Part shown: positions 37,026 to 49,094 of the stretch, in pieces
How positions within the stretch are numbered: the stretch's first letter is position 1
Layout: every line of letters begins with the position of its first letter
DNA from: Rhizodiscina lignyota
Taxonomy: Eukaryota
Length of the DNA: 64,000 nt
Direction of reading: 5' to 3'
Assembly (NCBI GenBank): GCA_010015805.1
Contig: ML978121.1
Coordinates: forward strand, 868,001 to 932,000
Program-made: the position numbers and the translations under genes
The notes under the pieces: generated by a model
What the model was told of the DNA's origin: nothing
Seen by the model: only the letters and a program-made list of their open reading frames with translations
The model's database searches: none

Positions 37026-37856
37026 ATGGACCAGGCCGATTTGCGTCCGGCCATAGATGAGCTCTCGAGCGACATTTCTGCTCTCATGAAGGCGCTCTCT
37101 CCTCTCCTCAATGCCCCACTCTCTACGATCTCCTCCAAGCTCCCACTTCTTGACAAAGCGAAACTCCACGTTTTGATTACATATGCCATCGAATCACTCC
37201 TGTTCTCATCATTGAGGCTCTCTGGTGTCGATGCGAAGCAACATCCGGTATTCAAGGAGCTGGTAAGAGTTCGGCAATATTTCGAGAAAGTCAAGAAGGC
37301 CGAGGAGGGACCAGAGAAGAGAGAGCAGGTGCTGGACAAGGCTGCAGCAGGAAGATTCATCAGACATGCGTTGAGTGGGAATGAGAAGCTGGATAGGGAG
37401 AGAGCAGAAGGATCAGCGAGGTCTGTGAGTGAGGCGATGAAGCAGGTACCGAAACCGAGTGGAGGGGGAGTGCCACTGCCTCTCGACGGGGCCTCTTCGT
37501 CTGGCTATGCGCTGTCTCATTCCAACACACCGGCTGCAGCTAAAAAGCGCAAGAGGTCTGAGGGCGAACTGGAGGAGAGTTCTGGCAACCAATCTATGCC
37601 TTCCGATTCGAAGCGGTTGAAGAAACAAGCAAGAGAAGAGAAGAGGCAAGCAAAGAGACAAGCAAAAGAAAAGGAGAAAGACTTGGCTGGCTTAGATGAC
37701 GACGTCAATGAAGGACCTGCTGCTCCAGAGCCTGCTCCAGAGCCCGAACTGACAAGGAAGCAACAGAAGAAACAGGCAGCGAAACAGGCAAAGAAGCAGA
37801 GAAAGGAGGAGAAAAAGAAGAAGCTAGCAGCACAGAAGGAACCAAAGAGTCCTTGA
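37026..37856 (+). CDS. RRP47: Exosome-associated factor Rrp47/C1D family
   Basis: LPLLDKAKLHVLITYAIESLLFSSLRLSGVDAKQHPVFKELVRVRQYFEK...LDKAAAGRFIRHAL; Lys-rich tail. Confidence 0.88.
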   Translation: MDQADLRPAIDELSSDISALMKALSPLLNAPLSTISSKLPLLDKAKLHVLITYAIESLLFSSLRLSGVDAKQHPVFKELVRVRQYFEKVKKAEEGPEKREQVLDKAAAGRFIRHALSGNEKLDRERAEGSARSVSEAMKQVPKPSGGGVPLPLDGASSSGYALSHSNTPAAAKKRKRSEGELEESSGNQSMPSDSKRLKKQAREEKRQAKRQAKEKEKDLAGLDDDVNEGPAAPEPAPEPELTRKQQKKQAAKQAKKQRKEEKKKKLAAQKEPKSP

Positions 37857-38287
37857 GCCTAAGGCTGTTCACGTTCATTTACCTCCATTATGATTGAGAG
37901 CGCCGCCGGTTGAGCTCGAATGGCTTCATGATTTTACAATGGCGTCGGCTCGCTAGCATAGATACCCATGGTGTGGCTTCACTGCATCGAATTCGGCTCT
38001 GCTGCAATACTTCACTAGGCTTTAGTCTGTGCAATAACAAAATGACATTTATCAAATTCTGGCTGAGCCTCTGGTCTTCACCCGGTCTTCACCCCTCGGT
38101 CTGTCTCCAACTGCCACGTGCCCGGGGGTTTCGCTGAAATTCCGCCGGCAAAACCGCGGCCACGGACCAAAGCTTAGCTCCATCCCGTCCACGACTTTCT
38201 TTCTACCTTGCCCGTCCGATTTCAATTGTCTCTTCACGACAAGTAACGCCTCCTCAACATCCTCATTATCTCCTCTCCAAACTCAAA

Positions 38288-38862
38288 ATGCCTCGCCAAT
38301 CTCGCGGTTCCGCCCCTGCCAGGCGCCCCATGGCAGCTCCTGCTCGTCCATCCGCGCCACCACCAGCACCGCAACAATCCCGATCTGCTTCCACCGCGGC
38401 TCATCCTCCTGCGACCGCTCAGCAACACCCTCCAGCTGCTCAGCAATCCCAAGGTCCGGGTCTCTTTGGCCAGATGGCTAGCACCGCTGCGTAAGTCTCG
38501 ACCCCAGCTCGTAGAGAGTCCTTTGTTGTGGACCTCGGCGTTCACACCCTTCCGAACCTCTCCAAAAGTCGCTGTTATATCTTAGAGAATAACGCTAATA
38601 GTCGAACAGTGGTGTCGCCGTAGGATCCACAATCGGCCACGCCCTCGGCGGCCTCTTCAGCGGTGGTTCCTCCGCGCCAGCCGAGCAGGCGCAGGCTGAC
38701 GCCGCAACTGCACAGTCAAGCAGCTACCAGGCGCCACGAGCATGCGAGAACGACGTCAACGCTTTCAGAAAATGCATGGATGACAACCAGGGCAGCCTGA
38801 CCATCTGCGGGTGGTATTTGGATCAGTTGAAGGCCTGCCAGGCGGCGGCGAGCCAATACTAG
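38288..38862 (+). CDS. MIX17: Mitochondrial CHCH-domain protein Mix17/CHCHD2
   Basis: PGLFGQMASTAA|GVAVGSTIGHAL; twin CX9C (CENDVNAFRKC...CGWYLDQLKAC); intron about 38491-38609. Confidence 0.92.
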
Positions 38863-39086
38863 TCTGGGACAAGGCGGTGGAATGTACAAATAAATGGAGG
38901 ATGTTGATGGTGGCTGTTAGAAGATGATTGCATTTTGGGAGTAGAGCGTATAGCATCTGCATAAAACTAGCAGCGACTGATAAAGACTTGAGAAATGGGA
39001 TATCACCACTCAAAACTCCTAGCCCCTCAAACTTCAACCCCAGTCAAGATCATATCTCGTGAAAAGCTGCACCGGTCGAGGAGCTC

Positions 39087-40178
39087 TTAGACAAACCTCA
39101 GGTCGCCATCAGAGTTCTCGATTCTCTCATCCAGCCACACTGAATCCTCCCTCCAGTGCCCGTCAACGTTGCACAGCTCCGCAACCAGCACCCTTCCTCC
39201 ATTCTCCAATCTCACATGCCTCGCGCTACCGCCAAAGTTTCCACCATGCGGCACCCACCGGAAGTGCCCATTATCGTTCGTCAGCACCTGGTTCAAGCTA
39301 ATGCTCGACAGCTTCGGACGGCCCGAGATGTCCGAGCAAGACGCAATAAGATCGTAGTCTTTATCCAGGCTCATCTGCGAGCTGCTCGACGAGAAGTTGC
39401 CCCGGAATTGCTGATGGTGCTGCTTGCCATGGTCGTCATCGCTCGAGCTCGACGACGAGGATGAAGAAGACGAGCCGCGCCGTCCCATTGCGATCTTCTG
39501 CGCCTTCTTCTCCGCTTTCTTTTTCTTCCTTTCCTCCTTCACATGGTCTTCGAGCTTGTGCCCGGCATACGCACCACCCAGTGCACCGATGAAACCATGG
39601 CCACCCAGTTTATGGCCTGCATAGCCACCTGCGGCGGCGCCACCGATCGCGCCTAGTAGTCCGCGATCTTGTTCATTAGGGTTAGGCGGCATGCCTGGAG
39701 CGCCCGCAGGTGCACCGAAGGCTGGGTCCATTGAAGGTTGTGCCTGCGGCGGATACCCTTGATGCGGAGGATACGGCTGGTCTCCGGCGAAGCGGTCCTG
39801 TTCAGGCATGCCATAAGTCGATACCGGTGGCGGAGAGCCATATGATGGCGCTGGCGGTGGGGGAGAGCCATAGGAGGAATTATGGTCTTGCGCATATGGC
39901 TGCGGAGCGTGGCCCCCATACCACTGCTGCTGGGGATAGGGTTGCTGATATCCTGCTGGCTCTTGTTGATTGTAGCTATCGCCGCCCTGATAGCCCTGAT
40001 GACCGTAATAGTCGTGGCTGGCACCATGCGGTGCGCCGTATCCCGCTGGCGGAGACTGCTGATATTGGCCTTGCTCTTGTCCATACGGAGGATACTGATT
40101 GTATTGATTCTGCGGCGGATAACCCTGCTGGTACTGGTTGTCGCCTTCGCCGGCGCCATAATTAGGAAGTTGAGTCAT
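39087..40178 (-). CDS. Q/Y/P/G-rich protein with glycine zipper and C-terminal CVNH (cyanovirin-N) domain
   Basis: DRGLLGAIGGAAAGGYAGHK zipper; CVNH GNFSSSS...LIASC...ISLNQVLTNDNGHF...FGGSAR...LDERIENSDGDL. Confidence 0.88.
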   Translation of the reverse strand: MTQLPNYGAGEGDNQYQQGYPPQNQYNQYPPYGQEQGQYQQSPPAGYGAPHGASHDYYGHQGYQGGDSYNQQEPAGYQQPYPQQQWYGGHAPQPYAQDHNSSYGSPPPPAPSYGSPPPVSTYGMPEQDRFAGDQPYPPHQGYPPQAQPSMDPAFGAPAGAPGMPPNPNEQDRGLLGAIGGAAAGGYAGHKLGGHGFIGALGGAYAGHKLEDHVKEERKKKKAEKKAQKIAMGRRGSSSSSSSSSSSDDDHGKQHHQQFRGNFSSSSSQMSLDKDYDLIASCSDISGRPKLSSISLNQVLTNDNGHFRWVPHGGNFGGSARHVRLENGGRVLVAELCNVDGHWREDSVWLDERIENSDGDLRFV

Positions 40179-40784
40179 GATGAACGATGATGGGGATTTG
40201 ACCGCCGCGATGGAAAGGAGGCGGACAATGAAGGTGAAGAGGGGTATATGAAGAGATGTTGCTGCCTCAGGAAGCAGTTAATTAAACGCCGGGTGGTTCG
40301 ATGAGACAACCCAAATCTCGATGCTGCGCCTCAGCAAGCTGCTCAGCCACAAATCCTTCGTGTTTGTACAAATCATGCCAACCGAATCAGCCAATGAACA
40401 CTTTGAATTGAACCCCTTGTTTGCACTCAGGAGCTGAGTAGCGCCAGCTGAAGATTTCACGTGTTGAGGGGTAGACATAGTGGACTGCAAGGTTCCAAGG
40501 TTGACGTCGCTTTACAGCGGTCGACGCGTATAGCAAATGCCGAATCAAGAAAAAGCACCAGCCGCACCATCTTCACCGGCGAGTAGGATGAATGTGAAGT
40601 TCGAGTAGTATATGCTTGCACTCAAAAAGCCACAGCGGCTGACGGTTAATCGGCATCCGCATCGTGCTGTGTACAGCTCAGGATGAGCAGCTTCTCACGA
40701 TATCCGGTTCCGATTGCTCTCGTAGAGATAACCATCCAACATTCCAACTTCAGGCATCCAGAGTCGAATTCACGATCGACGATC

Positions 40785-42559
40785 TTATTCATCTTCCTCT
40801 CGTATCGTATCCAAAGCTTTCCTCTTCCGACCTTTCTTCACAGCCGGCATCCTGATCTCCTGGCACAGCTCCCTTCCCAAATACTTCTGCGCTAGACTAA
40901 ACGTCGTGGCGCCTGCATTCAAGACTCTCTGCCTCTTCATCACCGCAACAACATCAGTCTCCTGGATCTGTTTGCGTCCAGCATGCTGCGCGTATGCTCC
41001 CAGATCTTCTCCCAGCTGCTCAAAGAACCAATCTGTTGCCTTTTCAATCTCTAGCAGCGTATCTTTTGACAGCCCAGATTTTGCGCCGCATGCACCATTT
41101 GTACGAGCGAACGTAGTAGCAAGCTTCTTGATGACCGGCAGAGGTAGAGAGGGATATTGAATACCATGCTTTGAAACCTTGAGCTCGCGTCGTTGACGCT
41201 GTTTAAGCTTCGACGGTTCTGCAAGTGGAGGGGGTAATAGTTCGTGAGCTAAAGAGTCCTCACGCAATGGCCGTGGAGTAGGCGCCGTCTCGAGATATGC
41301 TGTCGCTTCATCGATCATGCCATCAACCTCCGCGTCGTCTACACCATCGCTGTGGCCCTCATCGAAAGCGAAGGGTACATTGTCGTCTTCGCCTTCGTCT
41401 GATTGTGCTTGCGCTTCCTCGGGCTCGTCGTCAACGAAGATCGTTGGTGCTAGGCTATTTCGTGGCTTATCCTGAAAGCGGAACTGGAATGTTTCTTCCT
41501 CAACCATGCCAGGAGACGAGGCTATTCCCAAGTCGCTTGGTCGCGATTGACGACGGGAAGCATCGATTAGAGCACGGAATTCTTGCGTGTTTTCGCCACT
41601 AAGCATATATTAGCTCCATGCATAGCCATGTGTGTGAACTTAACCTTACTCTGCCAGGGTACGCCTTGTAACCTCGTCTATCAAGCCACTTATTCCATCT
41701 TCTACGTCTTCCAGGTCCTCTTCCTCGCTCTCGTAATGTCCATGATCTCCGCTATCGTCTCCATCATTCCCAAGTTGCGACAAATCTCCAAGCTTCTCGC
41801 TGAAGAGCTCGCTTGCTCTTACACTACCAAAGCTGTCACGATGTAAGAGGCCCCTGTCTCGTCCTGCTTCCACAGAATGTGTAGTATAATTTTCCTTGTC
41901 CTCCAGATCTACTTCTGACAGTCTTGGCGGTGCCGCGTGGAAGCTGTCATCGTCCTCCAACGCTCCAAGAGGTAGCGAAAGCCGTGGAGGCAGAACCTCG
42001 GGGCCAACATCGAAGTCATCTAGTGCCTTACTCTTTCGTGGAGTCGGAACTGTAACTTGAGGCGATGGCGCAATAGGCTGTGTATTTCTCGCAAGTACTT
42101 TGCTCAATTCTCTGAGCGCGTCTCGCGGTGTCTCCCTCTGCTGCCTTCCACTCCTTCGACGGTTCCTGGCAGGTGTCGCTGCATTCTTCCGCTGCTGTAG
42201 TGCGCGCAGAGCATGTGGCGTCGTAGGCTGTACGCGTCGTGTATTTGGGAATCGTGCGATGGTATTCGGTCGCGGGGTCCGAGATGCTGTTCCTGGTGTA
42301 TGCACAAGGATCCGACTTGCTGAAGCTGGGCGCGAGCTTATCCCAGAGCTAGAAATACGTCGCCCTGGCGTTGATGGCTTTTGGATTAGTCCGGCAAGTT
42401 TGTGGAGCTGTTCATGAACATGAGCGAACGATTTGTTTACAGTAGCTGGCTACAATGGCTTACGTCTTCGTATGGAGTGACCTCTGGCGGTACATTTTCA
42501 TCCTGATTTTCAGAATTGCGCGGCGTGATCTTCGGTCGCTTTCTATCCGGCTCCGCCAT
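40785..42559 (-). CDS. Kinetochore protein CENP-T (Cnp20), C-terminal histone fold
   Basis: PTTPHALRAL, RETPRDALRELSKVL, SKHGIQYPSLP, WFFEQLGEDLGAYAQHAGRKQIQETDV, FSLAQKYL; two introns. Confidence 0.88.
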
Positions 42560-42766
42560 CCTGTCGGTTGGTGTGATGTGGCAGTGTTGACAATGATGGA
42601 ATTGTTGTTTTGGATTTGCCTCTTTAGAGATAGTCGCTTTATCCTAAAAGCGGAAAAGCGTAATGACAGGGATAGTTATCGATAAGCGATTTCTATCCAA
42701 AATCTTCTGTCTTCAATGTTTAAAAATTACTCGAAATACGCCGCAAACCGCGTGAACATTGTCAAA

Positions 42767-43752
42767 ATGTCTGACTCAGATGATTTAAATGGCAATGTAC
42801 GACTTGGCTCTCAATCGCCGTCAGCGTCGCCAGCACCACAGTCATTGAAACGAAAACGAGAAGAACCGTTGGAAGAGCCAAAGAAAAAGAAAAAGAGGCA
42901 GAAGAAGTCCAAGAAACCGAAGGACATTGACGATGACCATCTTGATGAAAAGCTTGGGATCAACAGAGCCATCGCAAATATGGATGGCCGGCTATTGGCA
43001 GACTTGGTGGCGCAACGAACGAAGAGATTTGAACCGAGCCTCAGTCTGGTTGAGCTCGAAGACAAGTACATACCAGGTACGAGTCTGCACAATCCTGAAA
43101 TGCCCTGTTATGATAATGCTGTACTGACAGCGGGCAAACAGAAAAAGCGATTCAGGATACAAGCAACTGGGAGCAGCCGCGGAGGCTCGAGCAGCTGCCA
43201 TCGTTTCTGAAGAAGTATGCGTCGGGAAAACTCTCAACTGCATCAAAAGCAAAGGGAAGCCCGCATACACTGGTAGTGGCCGGTGCAGGACTCCGAGCTG
43301 CGGACTTAACAAGGTAGGAAGCATTTATATGCTTGCTCAGTCGTCGTTGATACTGATCGTGTTGTAAGGGCTCTGCGTACATTCCAGACGAAAGAAGCAA
43401 CAGTTGCAAAGCTGTTTGCGAAACACATCAAGCTCAAAGAAGCTGTCGAGACCTGCAAAAAGCTGAGGATGAACATCGGTGTGGGCACGCCTCAGCGAAT
43501 CCACGATCTACTTGATGACGGTGAGTTGGGAGATTCTTTGGCTATCAGAGCGATAGATTGACAACTTTAGGTGCACTATCTTCCAAGGAGCTGAAGCGAA
43601 TTGTTATCGATGCTTCTCATATCGATCAGAAAAAGCGGGGCGTTCTGGACATGAAAGAGACGCTCCTGCCACTTGTGACTCTTTTGGCGCGGAGCGAGTT
43701 CAAGGAGAGATATGGCGCTTCGGACAAAAGATTGGAATTGATTTTCTATTGA
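42767..43752 (+). CDS. CMS1: Cms1/CMSS1 90S pre-ribosome factor
   Basis: LSLVELEDKYIP, GSPHTLVVAGAGLRAADL, VAKLFAKHIKL, IGVGTPQR, IVIDASHIDQKKRGVLDM; three introns. Confidence 0.9.
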
Positions 43753-44108
43753 GCAAGGTCGCTACGAATTAGAAGAAACACGCTCTAATTCGTAATTGCT
43801 ATTGCGACGTGGGCATGCACAAATTATAGGTTCGTTCAGGCGGGAATTTTTCGCAATCGATTCGTGCGATACGTAGTCTGAATAGAGAAGGAACGATGTG
43901 CTAATCCCACGCATATCTTCGATTGCGCTATTACTCTGATCGCTCATTCCTCCCTCGCTTCTCGCTTCGTAGACGACATATTTATCTACCAACCTTCCCT
44001 CCTCTTGCTTCATTTCATCCCTCTGCCCCTCAGTTGAGTCCATTCGTTCAACCGTTTACTAGTCCGTCGAGGACACCAACCTCCGCTCATTTCTAAGGAT
44101 AAAGTCAA

Positions 44109-44141
44109 TCGCTTGAGTCGTTCGCTTGAGTCGTTCGCTTG
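44109..44141 (+). repeat. Tandem 13-mer TCGCTTGAGTCGT x2.5
   Basis: Directly visible in the Cms1-Rac intergenic region. Confidence 0.75.
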
Positions 44142-46344
44142 CATTCGATCGTTGATGCTTCGTCATTCCTCGAGCAATGCGCACCTCCCTCTACGTCGCC
44201 TTAATCGCGACACTCGCTGGGATCTCTTCATCTCATGATCACATCTCTCGCTCAATGCCTGGTAGTCGCTCTTCGACAGTAGTCCTCATATGAGCGCGTT
44301 GTCTAACTGTTCCGATAGGCTGCGTACCAAAATGCTGGCAGACCTCGAAGTATGTCTCCGACTGTACGAACACCACTTGCCTTTGCCAGGACGATGAATT
44401 TCAAAAGGTTGCCATTTGGATTGTGTTGGAAGACGACGGACTAACCACTTATTCAGGCCTTCTACCAGTGTCTGAGCTCCCAATGCTCGACGGCTCAGCA
44501 ACCCGCAGCTCTTTCTTACGCGATCTCTTTCTGTCCCACCACGACTTTCGTCGATCCACATCCTGACGCTGCCGAAGATATTGAATCTCCAGACGCCACC
44601 ATCACAGCTTCACCCACCTACATTCCAGCACTTGTCCGCTATCAGCGTGCGAAGAGAGGATATAAGCCACCAGAGTACGATTCTCCTCGTGGTCACCACC
44701 TGTACTCAGCCATGCACTCCGTTCAGCACCATCATCACAGCATCAAACCGTACCCTTGGAATCGACCGGTGCCAGAGTACGGACAACCGGCGAAGCCAAC
44801 AGCAGGATACTACTGACTAGAAGAAGAAAAGAAGAGGAGCGAGGTTGAAACGGGCCAGGGGACGAGGATCTCGATGCCGGCGTGGTTGTCTTAATCTGCC
44901 CTTTAATACGTGCATCTTCGTTCTGCGGTATCTTTGATATCCGGTTAATGTTTCATGTCTGGGCTGCATTTTGCTTTTGGAGTTACTGTTGAATGTCATA
45001 CGATGTTTCCATGGCGTTTGGCGCACATTCAGATTCTCAGAAGCCACGCGTAATATGCCTTTGCTGGGAGCCTTGTACGTTAGACATTGGTACATTAGAA
45101 ACGAAGAGCAGTGATAGCGAGTTCGAGAACATAATCTTGAGCACTACCCGAATTGTGACCCACCCCATTAAGGGACATGGCTTGAAGCAGATGTGCCAGG
45201 ATGCGGAATCAGGCCTGACTCACGTCACTGCAGCATTCATGCCAGAAGGACTGGGAGGATTCGAATGGAAGAGATCGAACCAGAAGAACTTTGGACTTGC
45301 GGAGATGGAAGCAAGTTTATGACCTAAGCTCTAAGCCTGGCTGGGCGGCTACGGCTCTTCAAATGGAATCGCAGAGCAGCCACATCTGCACAGTGACTGG
45401 CGGGCGCCAAAGGCAGCCATGGATTTCTGTCCAAATCACGACCAATCTGTCAGCTTCGCAATGCTGCACGTTGGTGCATCTTCCAGCAATCACCTCACCA
45501 TGCTTCGGGCCGTCGGAATGCACCTGCACTTTGGCTCTGAGCCCTCCGTTTCCCGCCACGCGCGAGTAAGGGTCGGAGTCTCCAAGGTGTCAGGATTTGC
45601 TATTCTTGCAAAAGAGACGACGGTTTGAGGCCGTGACTTGGTGGGATTTGCGAGGAAAAGCGGCCAATCAGCGCGTGAGACGGTTGAATGCTGGGACATG
45701 CTTCAGAAGCGTTTGAAGCGGTCCGCGCCTGAAGCGAGCGAAAGATACGATAGCTCGGCCGCTAGCGAGTGCAATTGCAGTGACTTGCGAACCACTCCCT
45801 CTTCTACTGCCACCTGTAGCTCATCTTGCCATCGTGAGCAGCTGCGTTAGATTTACCATCCCTCCACCTGTCAGAACGCGGCCGCTTGTTGGTTGGCTGC
45901 TCTGCTCTGCGAAGGAACAACGGCCAAGACCCCAGTTCACGGCGGCGCAACTTTCTCGCAGCAGCGACGCAAGAGAGGCAGACTCTCACGCCAGCGACCC
46001 TCGGAATCGTCAGCTTCACTGTCACTGCCACATCGCCGCCCGTTCTCTGTCGCTCGCCTTGGACTGCTCTTGGATATCCGCATCTTACCCTCACTAGCCT
46101 CCTTCCCGCATCCGCTGAGCCTCCTCGCTTCGCTCTCGTCCACCGCTCCCGAAGTCAGGATCCCCTTTGCTTCTGTACGCGGGGTCAACACCAATCGCCA
46201 ACGACCAACCACGTTAGCACGAAGCTTCTCACGCTGCGGCGCAGCTCGACAACACTTTTCTGCTGAATTGGAGGGAAGGCCGCCGAGCGGGAGATAAACA
46301 CCCTGGAAATTCGTGAAGGAACAATCACATAGCATACTTTCGCG

Positions 46345-47255
46345 ATGAACGCGAAAACCGAGACCAAGAGCTTGAAGGTATATTATCTCGATCGTCCGAG
46401 TTTAAAAGACGCGTTATAGCAAAGTTTCAAGTGCGGCGGGAGCTAATTGCAATGGCATTATGCAGTGCGTCGTTACCGGTGACGGTGCCGTGGGAAAGGT
46501 ACGTCTGGCTCTTCCACAACAACGGTTCCAACTCGGTGGCTGATAAGCTCGGTGGCAGACATGTCTTCTCATATCGTACACGACAAATGCATTCCCAGGC
46601 GAATACATCCCAACTGTGTACGTTTCAATGTCCCCCTCAACTCGAACCGCGACAAGACCTTTGCAACACGATGAAATAGAAATGCTGACAGGCTTGGTAG
46701 CTTTGACAACTACTCCGCAAATGTCATGGTCGATGGCAAGCCCATAAGTCTTGGTCTGTGGGATACGGCCGGACAAGAGGACTACGACCGTCTTAGGCCA
46801 CTGAGCTATCCGCAGACGGACGTCTTCCTGATCTGCTTCAGCATTGTGAGCAGAGCAAGTTTTGATAACGTCAAGGCCAAGGTACGCGTTCCTCTCCGTC
46901 TATGCCTCTGAACGTGCTGTGAATAGAACGTTACATACCCCTAACGACGCTCTTTTGATAGTGGTACCCCGAAATCGAACACCACGCGCCGACCGTACCT
47001 ATCATCCTTGTAGGCACAAAGTTAGATCTCCGTGAAGATGAAGCTACGAAAGAGAACCTTCGCAAGATGCGCACGCAACCCGTCTCCTATGAAGAGGCGC
47101 TTCAGGTTTCTAGGGAAATAAAGGCAGTCAAATATTTGGAATGTTCAGCATTGACGCAGAGGAATCTCAAGAGCGTATTCGATGAAGCGATCCGAGCAGT
47201 GCTGAGCCCGCGGCCGCAACCAAAGCCGAAGAAGGGAAAGTGTGTTGTCCTATGA
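46345..47255 (+). CDS. rac1: Rho-family small GTPase Rac
   Basis: [82 protein letters not shown]...; polybasic tail and CAAX CVVL; four introns. Confidence 0.95.
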
Positions 47256-48469
47256 GGTGCTGAGGGAGTAAGAGGAGACGAATGGGGAGGCGGTGGACTC
47301 GCATACCTGGCGCAGGCGTCGTCACGTTCATGGGCGTCAGTTGTTTCATCATTTGCGAGCTTTCAAGGGGACGTATGGAGCACGGACAAACGATTCACGG
47401 AGCCTGGAGTCTCACACATCCATCTATCCATCAAAACTCCAAAGACCACAGTTGGCGCGAGAGGCCTCAAAATCCATTGCTCACCATCAAAGAGATTCAA
47501 TGAGCTTCCCTTGCTTTTTTGGATTCTACACTTCTGTTCCTTTCCCACTCGACAGACACATTGCGGAACAGGCGTTCAGTAACACTTACTTACATCTCGT
47601 GCTGCTGAGGAGTCGTTGGGTGCATTTTCCGTTCTCTACGTGAGCTTGAGGAGTGGAGGGGCTGTTGCAGCTTTTGGGTGGGATTGTAGATAAGGTACCA
47701 TGGTTCCTGATTTTGATACCGGACTTTAGTTTCGAATAGACTTTCTCTTCCCGTGACACATTGCTTCGTCAATATTTTCATATCATGACACTGAAACTAA
47801 GACAAGAGGAGACAAGAGCCAGTCCTACCCTTATTATAACAGGCGCGGATCATTCGAACTAAACATAATCATTAGCTCTCGAGATTGCTCTACGCCGGAG
47901 GAAGAGTAAGTCTACGATATATGTCTGACCTGAGCCAGAATATCAATTGTGATAAGTCTCAATCTGGCTAGTTGATTCCGTATCAAGCCAAACATGAAGG
48001 GCAGACGCTAGATGACTAATAATGAACATGGCGTTGGTCAAGCACAAGCAGCCTTGAGACCAGCATTCCTTTCTTCTGATCCTCATACATAGAACTTCTT
48101 GAGTAAGGACAAAGTTTGCTCGGTTCTGAAGGATAAGTAATAACTCGCGTTCTCTATTTGCCTCTCAACATTGAAAGCGTTCACCCGCATACCTAGAAGC
48201 TGGAGACTCATTTCATGATGACCGAGATTTTCATTTGTCCCTCAGGAAAGGCTGCAAACTTAATGCTGAGGGACCATTTCTTCACTGTCTGTTTGTCAAT
48301 CGAAAGCAATGGTATGTAGCCTGCTCTAAGCCCTTTTTATTTAGCCAGCTCGATAAAAGCTCCGTTCTGTGTAGTTACAATTTCAAGCTGTATACCGTTT
48401 GAGATATTGGTTCTTCATTCACACAATCGGAATGGAAGTCTGTACAAGTTCTGGGCTGACACTGATTGT

Positions 48470-49094
48470 AAGGCATTCACAATCTAGAGTGTCCCCAGTC
48501 ATTACTATCGCCTGTGCTGGCCGGGAATGGCAGGTCCATAAGATAGTCGTATGCTCTCAGGCTGATTTTTTCAAGGCTACAATGAATGGCAATGCATGGG
48601 GGTTATGAGCATTGTATGATGTCATTATGTGCTCCGAAAGCTGACTTGTGAGACAGGAAGGGAGTGAGGGTAGAGTATACCTGGGCAATGGACCAGGTTA
48701 TGCCGACGCGATCCATGGGATGGTCTTGTACATGTACAACGGAACGTACGACGAACCAAATGCAATAATTGAATCGAATTTTGCAAGAGCGGAGTTCCAC
48801 TTGAAAGTCTTCCAGACGGTCGACGAGTGTCTTATTCCCGGACTGAAAGACGAGGCAACGAGACGTTTCAAGGAGGCAGCGGCTGTGACGTGGAAATGCC
48901 CGAGCTTCGCCAGCGCCATCCATCTGATATATCCATGAGACAACTCTCAATATCATTGTCAGGAACTGAGGAACATCTTGTTGGAAATCATGGGCCAAAA
49001 TAGTCGTGCATTGCTTCAGCAGAAATGGTTCGTCGACTTCATCAAGGGCGACGAGAACCGGGAGTTCGCGAGAGAGCTACTGCAGAATGCATAG
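48470..49094 (+). pseudogene. BTB/POZ domain gene with in-frame premature stop (5' end uncertain)
   Basis: ITIACAGREWQVHKIVVCSQADFFKA; MVLYMYNGTY; HLKVFQTVDECLIPGLK. TGA at 48936-48938 is followed in the same frame by ELRNILLEIM...EFARELL to TAG at 49094. Confidence 0.65.

Noticed and set aside
43760..46340. Long region upstream of Rac with many overlapping ORFs
   Set aside because: Consistent with promoter, long 5' UTR and GC-rich chance ORFs; no domain or RNA-gene signature recognised.
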